Assembly (NCBI GenBank): GCA_947304335.1
Contig: CAMZAW010000001.1
Coordinates: 1 to 50,302, forward strand
Length of the DNA stretch: 50,302 bases
Source: an uncultured Candidatus Saccharibacteria bacterium
Lineage (GTDB): Bacteria; Patescibacteriota; Saccharimonadia; Saccharimonadales; Saccharimonadaceae
Reading direction: 5' to 3'
The position numbers and the translations under genes were made by a program. Of the stretch, positions 1 through 9,848 are shown in pieces (position 1 is the first letter of the stretch; each line of letters opens with the position of its first letter). Under the pieces are notes generated by a model that saw nothing but the letters and a program-made list of their open reading frames with translations, was not told the origin of the DNA and did not search any database.

Positions 1-1431
1 ACCGAAGAAATTGCCGAGACTTTCTGGAGCCAGCTTCTCGACTTTGCTAACTACTGTTTCAATAAGTCCCACGCCGCATGTTACGCACTCGTGGCTTATT
101 GGACCGCGTACTTAAAGGCTCATTATCCAGACGCTTTCATGGCTGCGCTCATGACCGCCGATATGCGCTGGACCGACCGCCTCGCTATCGAAATCTCCGA
201 ATGTAAGCATTTGGGGCTCAAAGTGCTTGGCCCAGACATCAACCAATCCTACGGCGACTTTGGTATCGTGGGCGGCGAAAAAACCATCCGCTTCGGCCTT
301 TCCGGCGTTAAAAACATGGGCAAATCTTTGATCGAGGATATCGTGATTCCAGAACGCGACAAAAACGGTCCATTTAAGAGTGTTTGCGACTTTGCCAAGC
401 GCGTAGATTCCACCAAGTTTAATAAGAAATCCTGGGAAGCCGCCATCAAGACCGGCGCCTTCGATCGCTTTGGCTATTCACGCTCTGACTTATTATTCAA
501 TCTCGAAGCTATCCAAGCCTACGGCGCCAAAGTTCAAAAAGATGTGGGCTCCGGCCAAACCGACCTCTTTGGCGCAATGGGCGAAGCTGGCGCTGTACCA
601 GAAGTTGAGATCAAAAATGCTCCAACTTCATATTCTGACAAAGAGCAACTTTTGTGGGAGCGCGACCTCATGGGTCTCTACCTTTCCGCCCATCCACTCG
701 ATAAATACGATACTTACTTTAACGAGCAAACTCATCCGCTAAGTTATGTCGCAGCAGAAAACAACAACAAATTGATTTCTGTAGGCGGCATCATCACGGC
801 CGTGCGCACGATTTTAACTAAATCAAACACTAAGATGGCCTTCGTAAAGATCGAAAACAAGACCGGCGAATGTGAAGTCATCGTATTCCCATCGCTCTTC
901 GAAACTTGCGGCGCCAAATTGGTGGTTGATAACGTGATCAAAGTTACCGGCAAAGTCAACGCCACCGACAAAGACGGTAATCCAACTTCAGAAGTTAAGT
1001 TGATGGGCGAAACTATCGATATTATCTCTGATGAAATGCTTGAAAATTACCAACCAACTGGCGACAAATTACCAGAACCAGTGGCCGCCGAGCCAAGAAA
1101 ACGCCGCTATTCTAAATCTTCCGCCGAAAAAGTTTATTCTGGCGCCAAAAAGCCAGCCGAACCAGCCGCTCCGGCCGCTCCGGTCACACCACCAAAAGAC
1201 CCGCGCAAAGAACGCCTCTTCCTTTTGATTGAAAATCCAAACGACACCGACACCTTGGCCGCCATTCGCCGCCTTTGCGATATCAACCTCGGCTTCCAAG
1301 ATGTTATCCTGGTTTTGAAAGAGGGTGAAGATAAACATCCGCTCAAAATGCCATTTAGGGTAGACGCCACGCCAGAGCTCATCGCAAAACTTGAAGAGCT
1401 TATCGGCAAAGATAACGTCAAAATGGTATAA
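1..1431 (+). CDS. dnaE: DNA polymerase III subunit alpha, C-terminal part (5'-truncated by window)
   Basis: Frame is open from base 1 (…FANYCFNKSHAACYA…). It has the DnaE motifs FNKSH, GPDINQS, IRFGL and ExxLMGLYLSAHPL and an OB fold (KMAFVKIE). Confidence 0.97.
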   Translation, partial: TEEIAETFWSQLLDFANYCFNKSHAACYALVAYWTAYLKAHYPDAFMAALMTADMRWTDRLAIEISECKHLGLKVLGPDINQSYGDFGIVGGEKTIRFGLSGVKNMGKSLIEDIVIPERDKNGPFKSVCDFAKRVDSTKFNKKSWEAAIKTGAFDRFGYSRSDLLFNLEAIQAYGAKVQKDVGSGQTDLFGAMGEAGAVPEVEIKNAPTSYSDKEQLLWERDLMGLYLSAHPLDKYDTYFNEQTHPLSYVAAENNNKLISVGGIITAVRTILTKSNTKMAFVKIENKTGECEVIVFPSLFETCGAKLVVDNVIKVTGKVNATDKDGNPTSEVKLMGETIDIISDEMLENYQPTGDKLPEPVAAEPRKRRYSKSSAEKVYSGAKKPAEPAAPAAPVTPPKDPRKERLFLLIENPNDTDTLAAIRRLCDINLGFQDVILVLKEGEDKHPLKMPFRVDATPELIAKLEELIGKDNVKMV

Positions 1432-1438
1432 TTAGGGT

Positions 1439-1852
1439 ATGAAAAAGGCCAAAACCGTAGATTTAACGACCGTAAACCGTCGCGCTCACTTTGATTACGT
1501 GCTCAGCGACGAGCTTTCTGTTGGCATGGTTTTGACCGGCCCGGAAGTGCGCCTCATCCGCGACCACCACGTGCAGCTTCAGGGCTCTTTCGTAACGATT
1601 CGAAACGACGAGCTCTGGCTCAACAACCTCACACTTGGCGCCGACACAGCGCGAAATATTAAGCTACTCGCCACCAAAAAACAGATTGCAGCCTTTGCCA
1701 AAGCCAAAGTTGCCGGTTCTACCATCGTGCCAGTTAAGCTACTTGGCGGCAGCCGCCACATCAAACTCGTGATTGCGCTAGGCAAAGGTAAGAAAAAGTA
1801 CGACAAACGCGATACTATCAAGCAACGCGACCTAGACCGCGGGAGGTTTTAA
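1439..1852 (+). CDS. smpB: SsrA-binding protein
   Basis: NRRAHFDY, GMVLTGPEV and GKGKKKYDKRDTIK motifs. Confidence 0.95.
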   Translation: MKKAKTVDLTTVNRRAHFDYVLSDELSVGMVLTGPEVRLIRDHHVQLQGSFVTIRNDELWLNNLTLGADTARNIKLLATKKQIAAFAKAKVAGSTIVPVKLLGGSRHIKLVIALGKGKKKYDKRDTIKQRDLDRGRF

Positions 1853-2638
1853 ATGAAAATCTATTCCTGGAACGTAAATGGTCTCCGCGCCGTCATCAAC
1901 AAAGGCGCTTTTGAGGCATTTATCAAGGATACCAATCCGGATATTTTGTGTATCCAAGAAACCAAAGCTAAGCAAGGTCAGGCCGAAATTGATTTACCAG
2001 AATACGAAGAGCTTTGGAACTCTGCTTTGCGCCCTGGCTACTCTGGCACCGCGATTTTTACAAAAGTAAAACCACTTGCTGTATTTAATGATTTGCCTAC
2101 CCTCGCCGCCGCTGCCGACGAGTTTGGCGACCCAGCTAAAGAGGGCCGCGTACTTACTGCCGAATTCGAAAAATTTTACCTCGTTAACGTTTACACCCCT
2201 AATTCTAAGCACGGTTTGGAACGTTTGAAACTGCGCGAAAAGACCTGGGACCCAGAGTTTTTGAACTATCTAAAGCAACTCGAAGCTAAAAAACCGGTAA
2301 TCGTTTGTGGCGATTTCAATGCCGCTCACACCGCCATCGACCTCGCTCGCCCAGAGGACAACGAGGAAAATGCCGGCTATACGAAAGAGGAGCGCCGCGG
2401 CATCGACAACATCGTTAATGCTGGATTCGTAGACACTTTCCGCGCCTTACACCCAGAGGAAACCGGCCGCTACACCTGGTGGACCTTCCGCGCCGGTGCC
2501 CGCATTCGCAACATCGGTTGGCGCATCGACTACTTCTTTGTATCAAAAAATTTATTCAGCAAAGTCAAGTCGGCAGAAATTCATGAACAAATTTTGGGTT
2601 CAGATCACTGCCCGATTAGCATCGAATTGGAGGACTAA
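1853..2638 (+). CDS. xth: Exodeoxyribonuclease III / AP endonuclease
   Basis: SWNVNGLRA, QETK, GDFN, GWRIDY and GSDHCP motifs. Confidence 0.97.
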   Translation: MKIYSWNVNGLRAVINKGAFEAFIKDTNPDILCIQETKAKQGQAEIDLPEYEELWNSALRPGYSGTAIFTKVKPLAVFNDLPTLAAAADEFGDPAKEGRVLTAEFEKFYLVNVYTPNSKHGLERLKLREKTWDPEFLNYLKQLEAKKPVIVCGDFNAAHTAIDLARPEDNEENAGYTKEERRGIDNIVNAGFVDTFRALHPEETGRYTWWTFRAGARIRNIGWRIDYFFVSKNLFSKVKSAEIHEQILGSDHCPISIELED

Positions 2639-3414
2639 TGGATTACTGGCAGAAGTTCACCAAAAACCCACACGAAAACTTACTTTGGAACCTGCCAGAA
2701 CAGAAGCAGGGAAGCGTCTGCCTTTTTGGCGGCAACGACAAATCGTTTAATAATGAAATCCGTTTTGCCGAGAAAATTCTTGGCGCCAGCCCACTCAAAG
2801 AGCTTAAAATTGCACTACCAGAAACCCTCAAAAACAAGCTCCCACCAATGGACAATTTTCTGTTTTTAAAAGCTACTGATTCTGGCTCGCTCGACGCCTC
2901 AGCCGAGCTTACCGCCGCCGCTAATATGTCCGATTTCAATCTGTTTTTTGGCGATTTTTCCAAGAATTCCATCACTAACCGCGCTATTTCCAGCGCCTGC
3001 GTTTCCGCCGAAAAACCACTCCTTATTACCCGCGACGCGGTGGATTTAATCGCCGAATCAAACCCCGAAAAAATCCTCGAAAAAGAGTCTGTAATTATCC
3101 TGGCTTCCATGGCGCAACTCCAAAAACTTTTGCACGCCGCGCTCTATCCAAAAATGATTTTGCTGTCGATGCCACTAATGCAAATTGTCGAAATTTTGCA
3201 TAAATTTACGCTCAGCTATCCACTCACCGTGGTGACTTTTCACGGCGGAAATATCATCGTGGCAAAGGATGGTATCATAAATTCGGTCTCGCTTGAACAA
3301 ACTTCTTACTCACCTTTGACACTTTGGACCGGCGATTTAGCTGCCAAAATTGTACTACTTAATTTGTATAATCCAAATAATTATTTAGCTGCCACCACGG
3401 CTGCGCTGTTTTAG
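2638..3414 (+). CDS. Divergent ribokinase-fold protein (NnrD/YjeF C-terminal-like)
   Basis: Translationally coupled to xth (TAATG). GSVCLFGG, LLITRDA and TGDLAA resemble degenerate NnrD motifs. Confidence 0.5.
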   Translation: MDYWQKFTKNPHENLLWNLPEQKQGSVCLFGGNDKSFNNEIRFAEKILGASPLKELKIALPETLKNKLPPMDNFLFLKATDSGSLDASAELTAAANMSDFNLFFGDFSKNSITNRAISSACVSAEKPLLITRDAVDLIAESNPEKILEKESVIILASMAQLQKLLHAALYPKMILLSMPLMQIVEILHKFTLSYPLTVVTFHGGNIIVAKDGIINSVSLEQTSYSPLTLWTGDLAAKIVLLNLYNPNNYLAATTAALF

Positions 3415-4019
3415 TCGCGCGCTACTTTTTTGCGACGTGTTCTTAGGAAGAACCAGAGGAAAATTCCAATTACGGCAGCCACGCCGAGAATAATACCGCG
3501 CACCGTCCATGACCAGCTGGTAGCAAGCAGCGTCAGAATAATTCCAGTGATAATACTAGGAATATAGGCAATCTTACGTCTAAAGAGCAGCAACTTTTCG
3601 GTGAATTCTGGGTTTTTGGCGTACAAGGATTTTGGCGAGCAATCGTTTGGGTGCCCCATAATGCGACGATAGGCGATTAGTTCTACTACCGTACAGAAAA
3701 CCACCACAATACCAATCATAAACCACATCCAAACGTTTACGCGGATCACTACGTATAGCGCCATCATCGAAAGCAAAAGCAAATCCGTGAAGATGTCGTA
3801 TTTTTCGGCATACTTGCGATATTTTGGCTCCTTACCTTTTTCGAAAGGCCAAACCCTAGAGCAGGTGCCATCAAAAGCATCCGTGAGCTCGCCGAGCGAA
3901 AACACAATAAGGGCCCATTCCGGCTTGCCATCGATAATAATCAGAACCATTAAAAAGACCGCTAAACAGAAGCGGGTGAAAGTTAAAATGTCAGCTATAT
4001 AGCTGGCCACTCTTCTCAT
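3411..4019 (-). CDS. CDP-alcohol phosphatidyltransferase family membrane protein
   Basis: ADILTFTR and LTDAFDGxxSR…YDxxTD signature with several TM segments. Start uncertain (4046/4019/4010). Confidence 0.85.
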   Translation of the reverse strand: MRRVASYIADILTFTRFCLAVFLMVLIIIDGKPEWALIVFSLGELTDAFDGTCSRVWPFEKGKEPKYRKYAEKYDIFTDLLLLSMMALYVVIRVNVWMWFMIGIVVVFCTVVELIAYRRIMGHPNDCSPKSLYAKNPEFTEKLLLFRRKIAYIPSIITGIILTLLATSWSWTVRGIILGVAAVIGIFLWFFLRTRRKKVARD

Positions 4020-4057
4020 TATACCACGTTTTGCCATTTTTGTCAATTTTACCTCTG

Positions 4058-5287
4058 TTATTTTTTATCACCACGATAGATTTTTAGCAGCTTTTCGACC
4101 TGAATTGACTGCTTTTTCTCGCCACGATTTTTGAGCATAGTTTCACTCATCTTAGCGATTTTTTCTGGATACTCATAAAGATCGTCAATAGCCTTTGCAA
4201 GCGCTGCGGGCTCAGGGCCATCAGCTAGCACGTAGCCACCATCTGGCATAATCTCCTTCATGTCAGGATCACAAATCAAAACCGGCATGCCGCGCACTAC
4301 GGCTTCAATAATCGTCATTGGCTGGTTATCAAAATGATACGAAGCCAGCACCGAAAGTTGGCAATTATTCATTTTTTCAAGAATTACATCTCGCTCAATA
4401 TGACCATAAAATTTCACATTCAAATTGTGTTTTTTGACATAACGCTTGGCTTTTTTCTCCTCCAAGCCATCACCAAAAGCCGAAAGGGAATAAGGGCATT
4501 TCAACATGGTGAGCGCCTCAAGAAATGGCAAAATACGTTTGTTTTTATCAAGGCGACTATTCCAAATAATATTAATCTTTTGGCCCGGTTTTAGCTCACG
4601 CACTGGCACTTTTTCGAGTACAAAATCATCCTCGACGCCATTCGAAACCACATCCATCGGGCGTTTCACGCCATATTCTTTAAGTTTAGCGCCAAAATGA
4701 TGCGATGGCGTGAGCACCACATCGGCCTGATTGGCGTGATTTACCATCAATGTCCACATCTTCGCACTTGCGCAACTACGCGCCAAATTATTATCTTTTT
4801 TGACTTTAGATTTGTGCGGCAAATACCACGAATGGAACCAATTTAGAAGCGTTGCGACAAGTAAACGGAATGGCGCCGGAATCATATCGTGCACGCCTTC
4901 GTCCTCACGCCCATGCATGGTTTGAATTAGGCGAATCTTGTATTTTTTTGCCAAACGAATGCCGGCAATCGAACAGCCAGCCTCATAGTGCACATGTACC
5001 ACATCAAAGTTAGGAAAATCCGGGAAATTCTTAACGACCCACTTTTCAATTTTGGCCGGGCGACGTGCAATCGGCACCAACGGCTTAAAGAAAATTTTAC
5101 ATGTTGGCACAATAAAAATATGTTTGTCGGCCAGTTTTTTGAACTCGGCATCACTTCGTTTGTATCCCGGCGTAAAAAGGTAAACCTCATGGCCCATTTT
5201 CTCAAGCTGAGTTTTTTGCGCGCGAATCGAAGTCACGATCCCCCCAGAAATATCCAGAAAAACGTCGGAAAAAATCGCAATTTTCAT
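4058..5287 (-). CDS. Glycosyltransferase family 4 (GT-B), possible glycolipid synthase
   Basis: MKIAIFSDVF…GGIVTSI N-terminus, plus DVVHVH, SRLDKNK and DNQPMTIIEA motifs. Confidence 0.9.
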   Translation of the reverse strand: MKIAIFSDVFLDISGGIVTSIRAQKTQLEKMGHEVYLFTPGYKRSDAEFKKLADKHIFIVPTCKIFFKPLVPIARRPAKIEKWVVKNFPDFPNFDVVHVHYEAGCSIAGIRLAKKYKIRLIQTMHGREDEGVHDMIPAPFRLLVATLLNWFHSWYLPHKSKVKKDNNLARSCASAKMWTLMVNHANQADVVLTPSHHFGAKLKEYGVKRPMDVVSNGVEDDFVLEKVPVRELKPGQKINIIWNSRLDKNKRILPFLEALTMLKCPYSLSAFGDGLEEKKAKRYVKKHNLNVKFYGHIERDVILEKMNNCQLSVLASYHFDNQPMTIIEAVVRGMPVLICDPDMKEIMPDGGYVLADGPEPAALAKAIDDLYEYPEKIAKMSETMLKNRGEKKQSIQVEKLLKIYRGDKK

Positions 5288-5330
5288 ACTTTTTATTTTA
5301 ACATGATACAATAGATACATTAACAATTTA

Positions 5331-5421
5331 ATATCAAGAAGGGGCGAGGGAGCGGCCCGGCGACCCCCTACCAACCTACATCTGCAAGGTGGTAATTCCG
5401 ACCAAAGAAAGGAAAGATATG
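5331..5421 (+). promoter_or_regulatory. SAM-I-like (S-box) riboswitch upstream of metK
   Basis: AUAUCAAGA-GGGGCGAGGGA-GGCCC-GACCCCC-CAACC…GGUG-AAUUCC…AAAGAUAU follows the SAM-I consensus. P1 is 5331-5335/5416-5420. It lies directly upstream of SAM synthetase. Confidence 0.85.
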
Positions 5422-6462
5422 TTCTATCGAACTGCGGAGAGCGTTTCTCCGAAACACCCAGACAAACTTTGTGACCAAATTAGCGATGCTATTTTGGATG
5501 CGTATCTCGCGAAGGATCCAAATGCGCGCGTAGCTGCCGAAACCTGTGGCGGCCACGGCGTCGTTTTTGTGACTGGCGAGATTACTTCAACCGTTGACAG
5601 TGTCGACATCGAAAAAATCGTCAAACGCATCGCCGGCAACGATCTCGAAGTCCACACCAAAATCGTTAAACAATCTCCAGAAATCGCCCAAGGCGTTGAT
5701 ACTGGCGGCGCTGGTGACCAGGGAATTATGATCGGCTACGCCTGTGACGAAACCCCAGAATTGCTTCCACTCGAAGTGGTTTTGGCTCGCCGCTTGAACC
5801 AATATATTTACGAAAAATATCCGTTTGATGGCAAAACCCAAGTTACTATCCGCCCAGACGGCAAGCTCGATTCCGTCGTAGCAAGCTTCCAAAACGTTCC
5901 TTCCGAAGACCTCAAGGAAGCCGTTTCAGAATGGCTACAATCACAAAACTTCATGGCAAATCGCAGTGTTACCTACATCACGAAAGAAATTGTCGACAAT
6001 CCAGAAAAATATGCACCACTTTTTGAAGATAAAGAGTCTATTCGCGCATTGATTAACCCAGCTGGCGACTGGAACCAAGGCGGTTTTGACGCTGATACTG
6101 GCCTCACCGGCCGCAAGCTCATCGTCGACAACTACGGCCCACGCGTCGCCATTGGTGGTGGTTGTTACTCTGGCAAGGATCCATCCAAAGTAGATCGCTC
6201 TGCCGCTTACATGGCTCGCCGCGTCGCTGTCGATTACCTCAGAAAACGCAATGCCAAAGAAGTTTTGGTGCGCCTCGCTTACGCTATTGGCTACGCCGAA
6301 CCACTCGAAAAAACCGTCATCATCGATGGTAAAGCCGAGGAAATCGAAGGTTACGATTTAACGCCAAAAGGCATCATCAAATATCTCGACTTGAAACGTC
6401 CAATCTACGAAGCATCCGCTCGCTACGGACACTACGGCGAAGGTTTCGACTGGGATAAATAA
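5419..6462 (+). CDS. metK: S-adenosylmethionine synthetase
   Basis: ESVSPKHPDKLCDQISD, GAGDQG, DGKTQV, GLTGRK and GKDPSKVDRS motifs. SD (GAAAGGA) precedes ATG 5419. Confidence 0.97.
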   Translation: MFYRTAESVSPKHPDKLCDQISDAILDAYLAKDPNARVAAETCGGHGVVFVTGEITSTVDSVDIEKIVKRIAGNDLEVHTKIVKQSPEIAQGVDTGGAGDQGIMIGYACDETPELLPLEVVLARRLNQYIYEKYPFDGKTQVTIRPDGKLDSVVASFQNVPSEDLKEAVSEWLQSQNFMANRSVTYITKEIVDNPEKYAPLFEDKESIRALINPAGDWNQGGFDADTGLTGRKLIVDNYGPRVAIGGGCYSGKDPSKVDRSAAYMARRVAVDYLRKRNAKEVLVRLAYAIGYAEPLEKTVIIDGKAEEIEGYDLTPKGIIKYLDLKRPIYEASARYGHYGEGFDWDK

Positions 6463-6469
6463 TTTGTAC

Positions 6470-6500
6470 AAAAATAGCTCCCGCTCGGGAGCTATTTTTT
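6470..6500. terminator. Bidirectional intrinsic terminator
   Basis: AAAAATAGCTCCCG-CT-CGGGAGCTATTTTTT between convergent genes. Confidence 0.9.
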
Positions 6501-6509
6501 AGACTAAAA

Positions 6510-7613
6510 TTATTCTTCTACCTCTTTTGGTTCCTCGATTTTCGCTTTTTGTGCAACTTTTTTGTCGAAAATTGAAGTCAGAATAATACCAAAACCAATC
6601 AAAGTGCATACAGAATTTATCATCCAACCAACTACCGGAATGTATCCAATTACCGCCATCAAAACCAGCACAATAGTGGCACTAAGAATTGAGCCTTGTT
6701 TTGGCATAATTTTGCCGCCCACAAAGGCCGCAAACACCGTGACGGAAAGCACGATAGCAATGACATATGCGAAGAGCAAGAGCAATGCTGCCGGAATACC
6801 AATAATCGTAGCGGTAAGCAAGGCTGCTATTACTGGCACCACAATCACACCAAGAAGACCAATACCAAGGTTCACCAACACGTATTTTGCGTCGGCCGAC
6901 GCAGCTTTCTCTTTAACACAATCAAAGAACCTCTTAGCAATCAGGATGAATACTACCGCAATCACAATAGATGAAGCCAGACCAAGTACTGCAAAAATGA
7001 TTTTAAAATTGTTATCCCAGCGAAAACTTAGGAGAATTGGACGATAAGTTTCAATCTCGCCCGCTACCATGGTGTCTTTGCCGACAACATTCAAATCTTC
7101 ATTGTAAACAAATGCCCCAGTGATTTTTACATCACCGATAATCTCAACTTCGCCAGCTGCCACCCTCAAATCGCCACCAATCGTAACGTTGTTCAAAATA
7201 ATTTTGCTGGCCGCGACAAAAACAGAACCTGGAATATTGCTTTTAATCTCTACCTTACTACCAGCAGCATAAAAGTCTCTCGCAACCTTAGCTTCTTCGG
7301 CCACAACGATCTCATTACCAAAAGCAAACAAATCTTTTTCGTAATTACCGCGCGTAACTAGTTTGTTGCCAGCGTGAAAGCCATATTCATAACTGCCCTT
7401 ATTCTCGATTTCGTTGCCAAAAGCAAAGTCGATGCCATGCACCACGGCGCCGTCTTCAACTTCGTTACCAGCGAAAAACGCACTCGAATTATACTCACCC
7501 TCAGCTTTAAATTCATAATCACCATTAAATCTAAGGTCCGCTTCTACAGCTAGCACCGTAGTTGGAGCCAGCGCAAACATGGCACTAAGTAAAATACCAA
7601 TTAGTTTTTTCAT
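6510..7613 (-). CDS. Membrane protein with N-terminal beta-helix (bactofilin/polymer-forming-like repeats) and C-terminal TM bundle
   Basis: Signal peptide, repeated xFAFGNE/DFYAAGS units and about 5-6 TM helices. SD AAGGAGG. Confidence 0.7.
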   Translation of the reverse strand: MKKLIGILLSAMFALAPTTVLAVEADLRFNGDYEFKAEGEYNSSAFFAGNEVEDGAVVHGIDFAFGNEIENKGSYEYGFHAGNKLVTRGNYEKDLFAFGNEIVVAEEAKVARDFYAAGSKVEIKSNIPGSVFVAASKIILNNVTIGGDLRVAAGEVEIIGDVKITGAFVYNEDLNVVGKDTMVAGEIETYRPILLSFRWDNNFKIIFAVLGLASSIVIAVVFILIAKRFFDCVKEKAASADAKYVLVNLGIGLLGVIVVPVIAALLTATIIGIPAALLLLFAYVIAIVLSVTVFAAFVGGKIMPKQGSILSATIVLVLMAVIGYIPVVGWMINSVCTLIGFGIILTSIFDKKVAQKAKIEEPKEVEE

Positions 7614-7678
7614 TAAACCTCCTTTTCTTTATTATATAAATATTTATGCTTAAAGTCTATATCTGTTATAATAAGAAC

Positions 7679-8230
7679 ATGGATATTACCTATATCGTCT
7701 CTCAAATTTTTACAATCATAATGTACATTTTGCTTGCTGCGACCTATTTCACCAAAAGCAAACGTGCAATCGTCGTAATTAGCGGCGCATCACTAATCGC
7801 CAACATCATCGCCTACGTACTACTTGGAGCTTGGACCGGGCTTGCCATGTGTATAGTCTGCCTATTTCGTAATCTGTATATTTTATGGGATGAAAAGAAA
7901 TACGGAAAAAGTGAGAGGATTCGCAAGAAAGACGTAGTATTCTTAATTATTGTCTATATCGCGATTATTATAGCTACTTTATTCACTTATGAAGGATTTC
8001 TCAGTTTGTTGTCTGTATTCGCTACATCGCTCTACACATATTCAATTTGGCAAAAGAAAACCAAAGTATACAAATTTTGCGGTCTGCCAGTTGGCATCTT
8101 GTGGATTGCATACAATGCTTATGTCCAATCCTTATTCGGTGTAATTCTAGAGTCAGCGCTCCTAGTAGCTTCGGTCATTGGGTTTATTGCGGAAGTCAGA
8201 AAAAGTAAAAAAGGCAGCAAGAAAAAGTAA
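7679..8230 (+). CDS. YgjV-like inner membrane protein
   Basis: Multi-TM protein with YVLLGAWTG…RN and WIAYN motifs. Confidence 0.65.
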   Translation: MDITYIVSQIFTIIMYILLAATYFTKSKRAIVVISGASLIANIIAYVLLGAWTGLAMCIVCLFRNLYILWDEKKYGKSERIRKKDVVFLIIVYIAIIIATLFTYEGFLSLLSVFATSLYTYSIWQKKTKVYKFCGLPVGILWIAYNAYVQSLFGVILESALLVASVIGFIAEVRKSKKGSKKK

Positions 8231-8502
8231 CGGAAAGAAGACGCTCGCGGGAAGGGAAAGGGATCTCGCTCGCGGGAAGGGAAGACGCTCGCTAAAGCTC
8301 GCTATCCGCCTTCGGCGGGCGAACCCTACGGGTTCGTTTCTATTCATTCACCAAATAAAAAATAATACCCTACGGGTATTCTTTTTTATTTGGTGGGCGG
8401 GAAGGGAAAGGGATGTCGTCGCTTCGCTCCTCCATTCGAACCCTCGGGTCATCCCCTATCAAAAGTAAAAAAACAAGCCCTTTGGGCTTCTTTTTTTACT
8501 TT
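8231..8502 (-). repeat. Tandem tRNA-Leu 3'-end repeats with T-loop inserts
   Basis: 8391-8408 is identical to tRNA 8503-8520. Further GCGGGAAGGGAA copies lie at 8247-8258 and 8272-8283, with terminator-like hairpins between units. Confidence 0.85.
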
Positions 8503-8589
8503 TGGTGGGCGGGAAGGGAATCGAACCCTTACTCTCTTGCGAGAACCAGATTTTGAGTCTAGCGCGTCTACCAGTTCCGCCACTCGCCC
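8503..8589 (-). tRNA. tRNA-Leu (CAA)
   Basis: GGGCGAGTGGCGGAACTGGTAGACGCGCTAGACT-CAA-AATCTGG, long variable arm, GGTTCGATTCCC, encoded CCA. Confidence 0.97.
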
Positions 8590-8636
8590 GTATCTATATT
8601 TTACCATATATCCTTGGTTTATGCTATAATTTCTGT

Positions 8637-9848
8637 ATGGATTCAAAAAGTAGTGGGCAATCTTCTAATCAGCCAGTCCAACCTATTCAGCCAGCCAGTC
8701 CGGCCGGTTCTACTGACGTGCAGCCAACTACGCCAAACCCAGCTCAAACTGCCAGCAACTTGCAAATGCAAGCCGTCGCAAATCTCATGCGCCGCAAAGT
8801 CATAGCTTCCTATACTAGCAACGTGCCAAAAAAGCAACCAGATAACCCGTACAATCCATCTCGTCTTAAAGAATCTACTCCACGCATTGATTCGGAGTCC
8901 TGGAAACGCTATCATACCGCCTGGCAAGATTATTATCAGAAATACTATAGCGAATATTATTCAAACGCCGCCAGAAATTATGTCGAAAAAGAACGTCTTA
9001 AAGATGCGCGCGCTAAAGCTGAAGACGAAGCCGTGCTGGGTAGTACCACTGCACCAGAAACCGCCGAATCTAGTATTCGCAAAAAAATCCGCAAAAAGGC
9101 CGCAGATAATGCCAAAAAATCAAATCGCCGCCGCCGTTTTATCCCAATTATTGCAGGGCTTTCAGTGGTTCTAATTATCCTTTTCCTACAATATAACCGT
9201 CTCATTTTTGCACCAATCATGGCCTATGTATCACCAGGCAACGCACCTGCCTCCAGCATTGAAGCCATCGATCCAACCGTTACTCGTACCATTTCAAGCG
9301 ATCCACGCCTCATTATTCCAAAGCTGAATGTCGACGTGCCAGTCGCCTTCGGCATCGAAACATCCGAAGTTATGTTCGCCATGCGCTCCGGCGTCGCCCA
9401 TTATCGTATCGCTGGCGCCAGCGCCTTCCCGGGCCAAATTGGCAACCTCGTAATCACGGGGCATTCTGCAGGCGATATCTATAGTTCAAACCCATATAAA
9501 TACATTTTCTCTGGTCTAGAGCGCCTCGAGGCTGGTGACAATATCTATGTAAACTACGAATCTACTCGCTACACTTATACCGTTACTAGTAAAGAAGTTA
9601 TCGAGCCAACCAACGTTGCCGCACTCATTCTCGATACCGATAAACCAATACTCACACTAGTCACCTGTACCCCTCTTGGCACCTCGCGTTACCGCTTACT
9701 CGTATTTGCCGAACAAATCTCACCAAGCTACAACGACCAAGAAACTGCCATCGACCAACCAACCGACGTAGCACCAGCTTCCGAATCGCTTCCAGCCAAT
9801 TCACCATCATTCTTTGACGGACTATGGGGCTGGCTCACTAATAGCTAA
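8637..9848 (+). CDS. Sortase with long N-terminal extension
   Basis: TM anchor followed by LIIPKL, GNLVITGHS and LTLVTCTP…R catalytic H/C/R. Confidence 0.9.
   Translation: MDSKSSGQSSNQPVQPIQPASPAGSTDVQPTTPNPAQTASNLQMQAVANLMRRKVIASYTSNVPKKQPDNPYNPSRLKESTPRIDSESWKRYHTAWQDYYQKYYSEYYSNAARNYVEKERLKDARAKAEDEAVLGSTTAPETAESSIRKKIRKKAADNAKKSNRRRRFIPIIAGLSVVLIILFLQYNRLIFAPIMAYVSPGNAPASSIEAIDPTVTRTISSDPRLIIPKLNVDVPVAFGIETSEVMFAMRSGVAHYRIAGASAFPGQIGNLVITGHSAGDIYSSNPYKYIFSGLERLEAGDNIYVNYESTRYTYTVTSKEVIEPTNVAALILDTDKPILTLVTCTPLGTSRYRLLVFAEQISPSYNDQETAIDQPTDVAPASESLPANSPSFFDGLWGWLTNS

Noticed and set aside
8231..8520. CRISPR array
   Set aside because: The repeats are tRNA-Leu 3'-end copies of unequal length and spacing, and no cas genes are present.
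8162..8646. Short ORFs over the tRNA-Leu region, and the analogous ORFs at 18342-18701 and 49839-50201
   Set aside because: They are shadow frames over tRNAs, GC-rich repeats or genes on the other strand.
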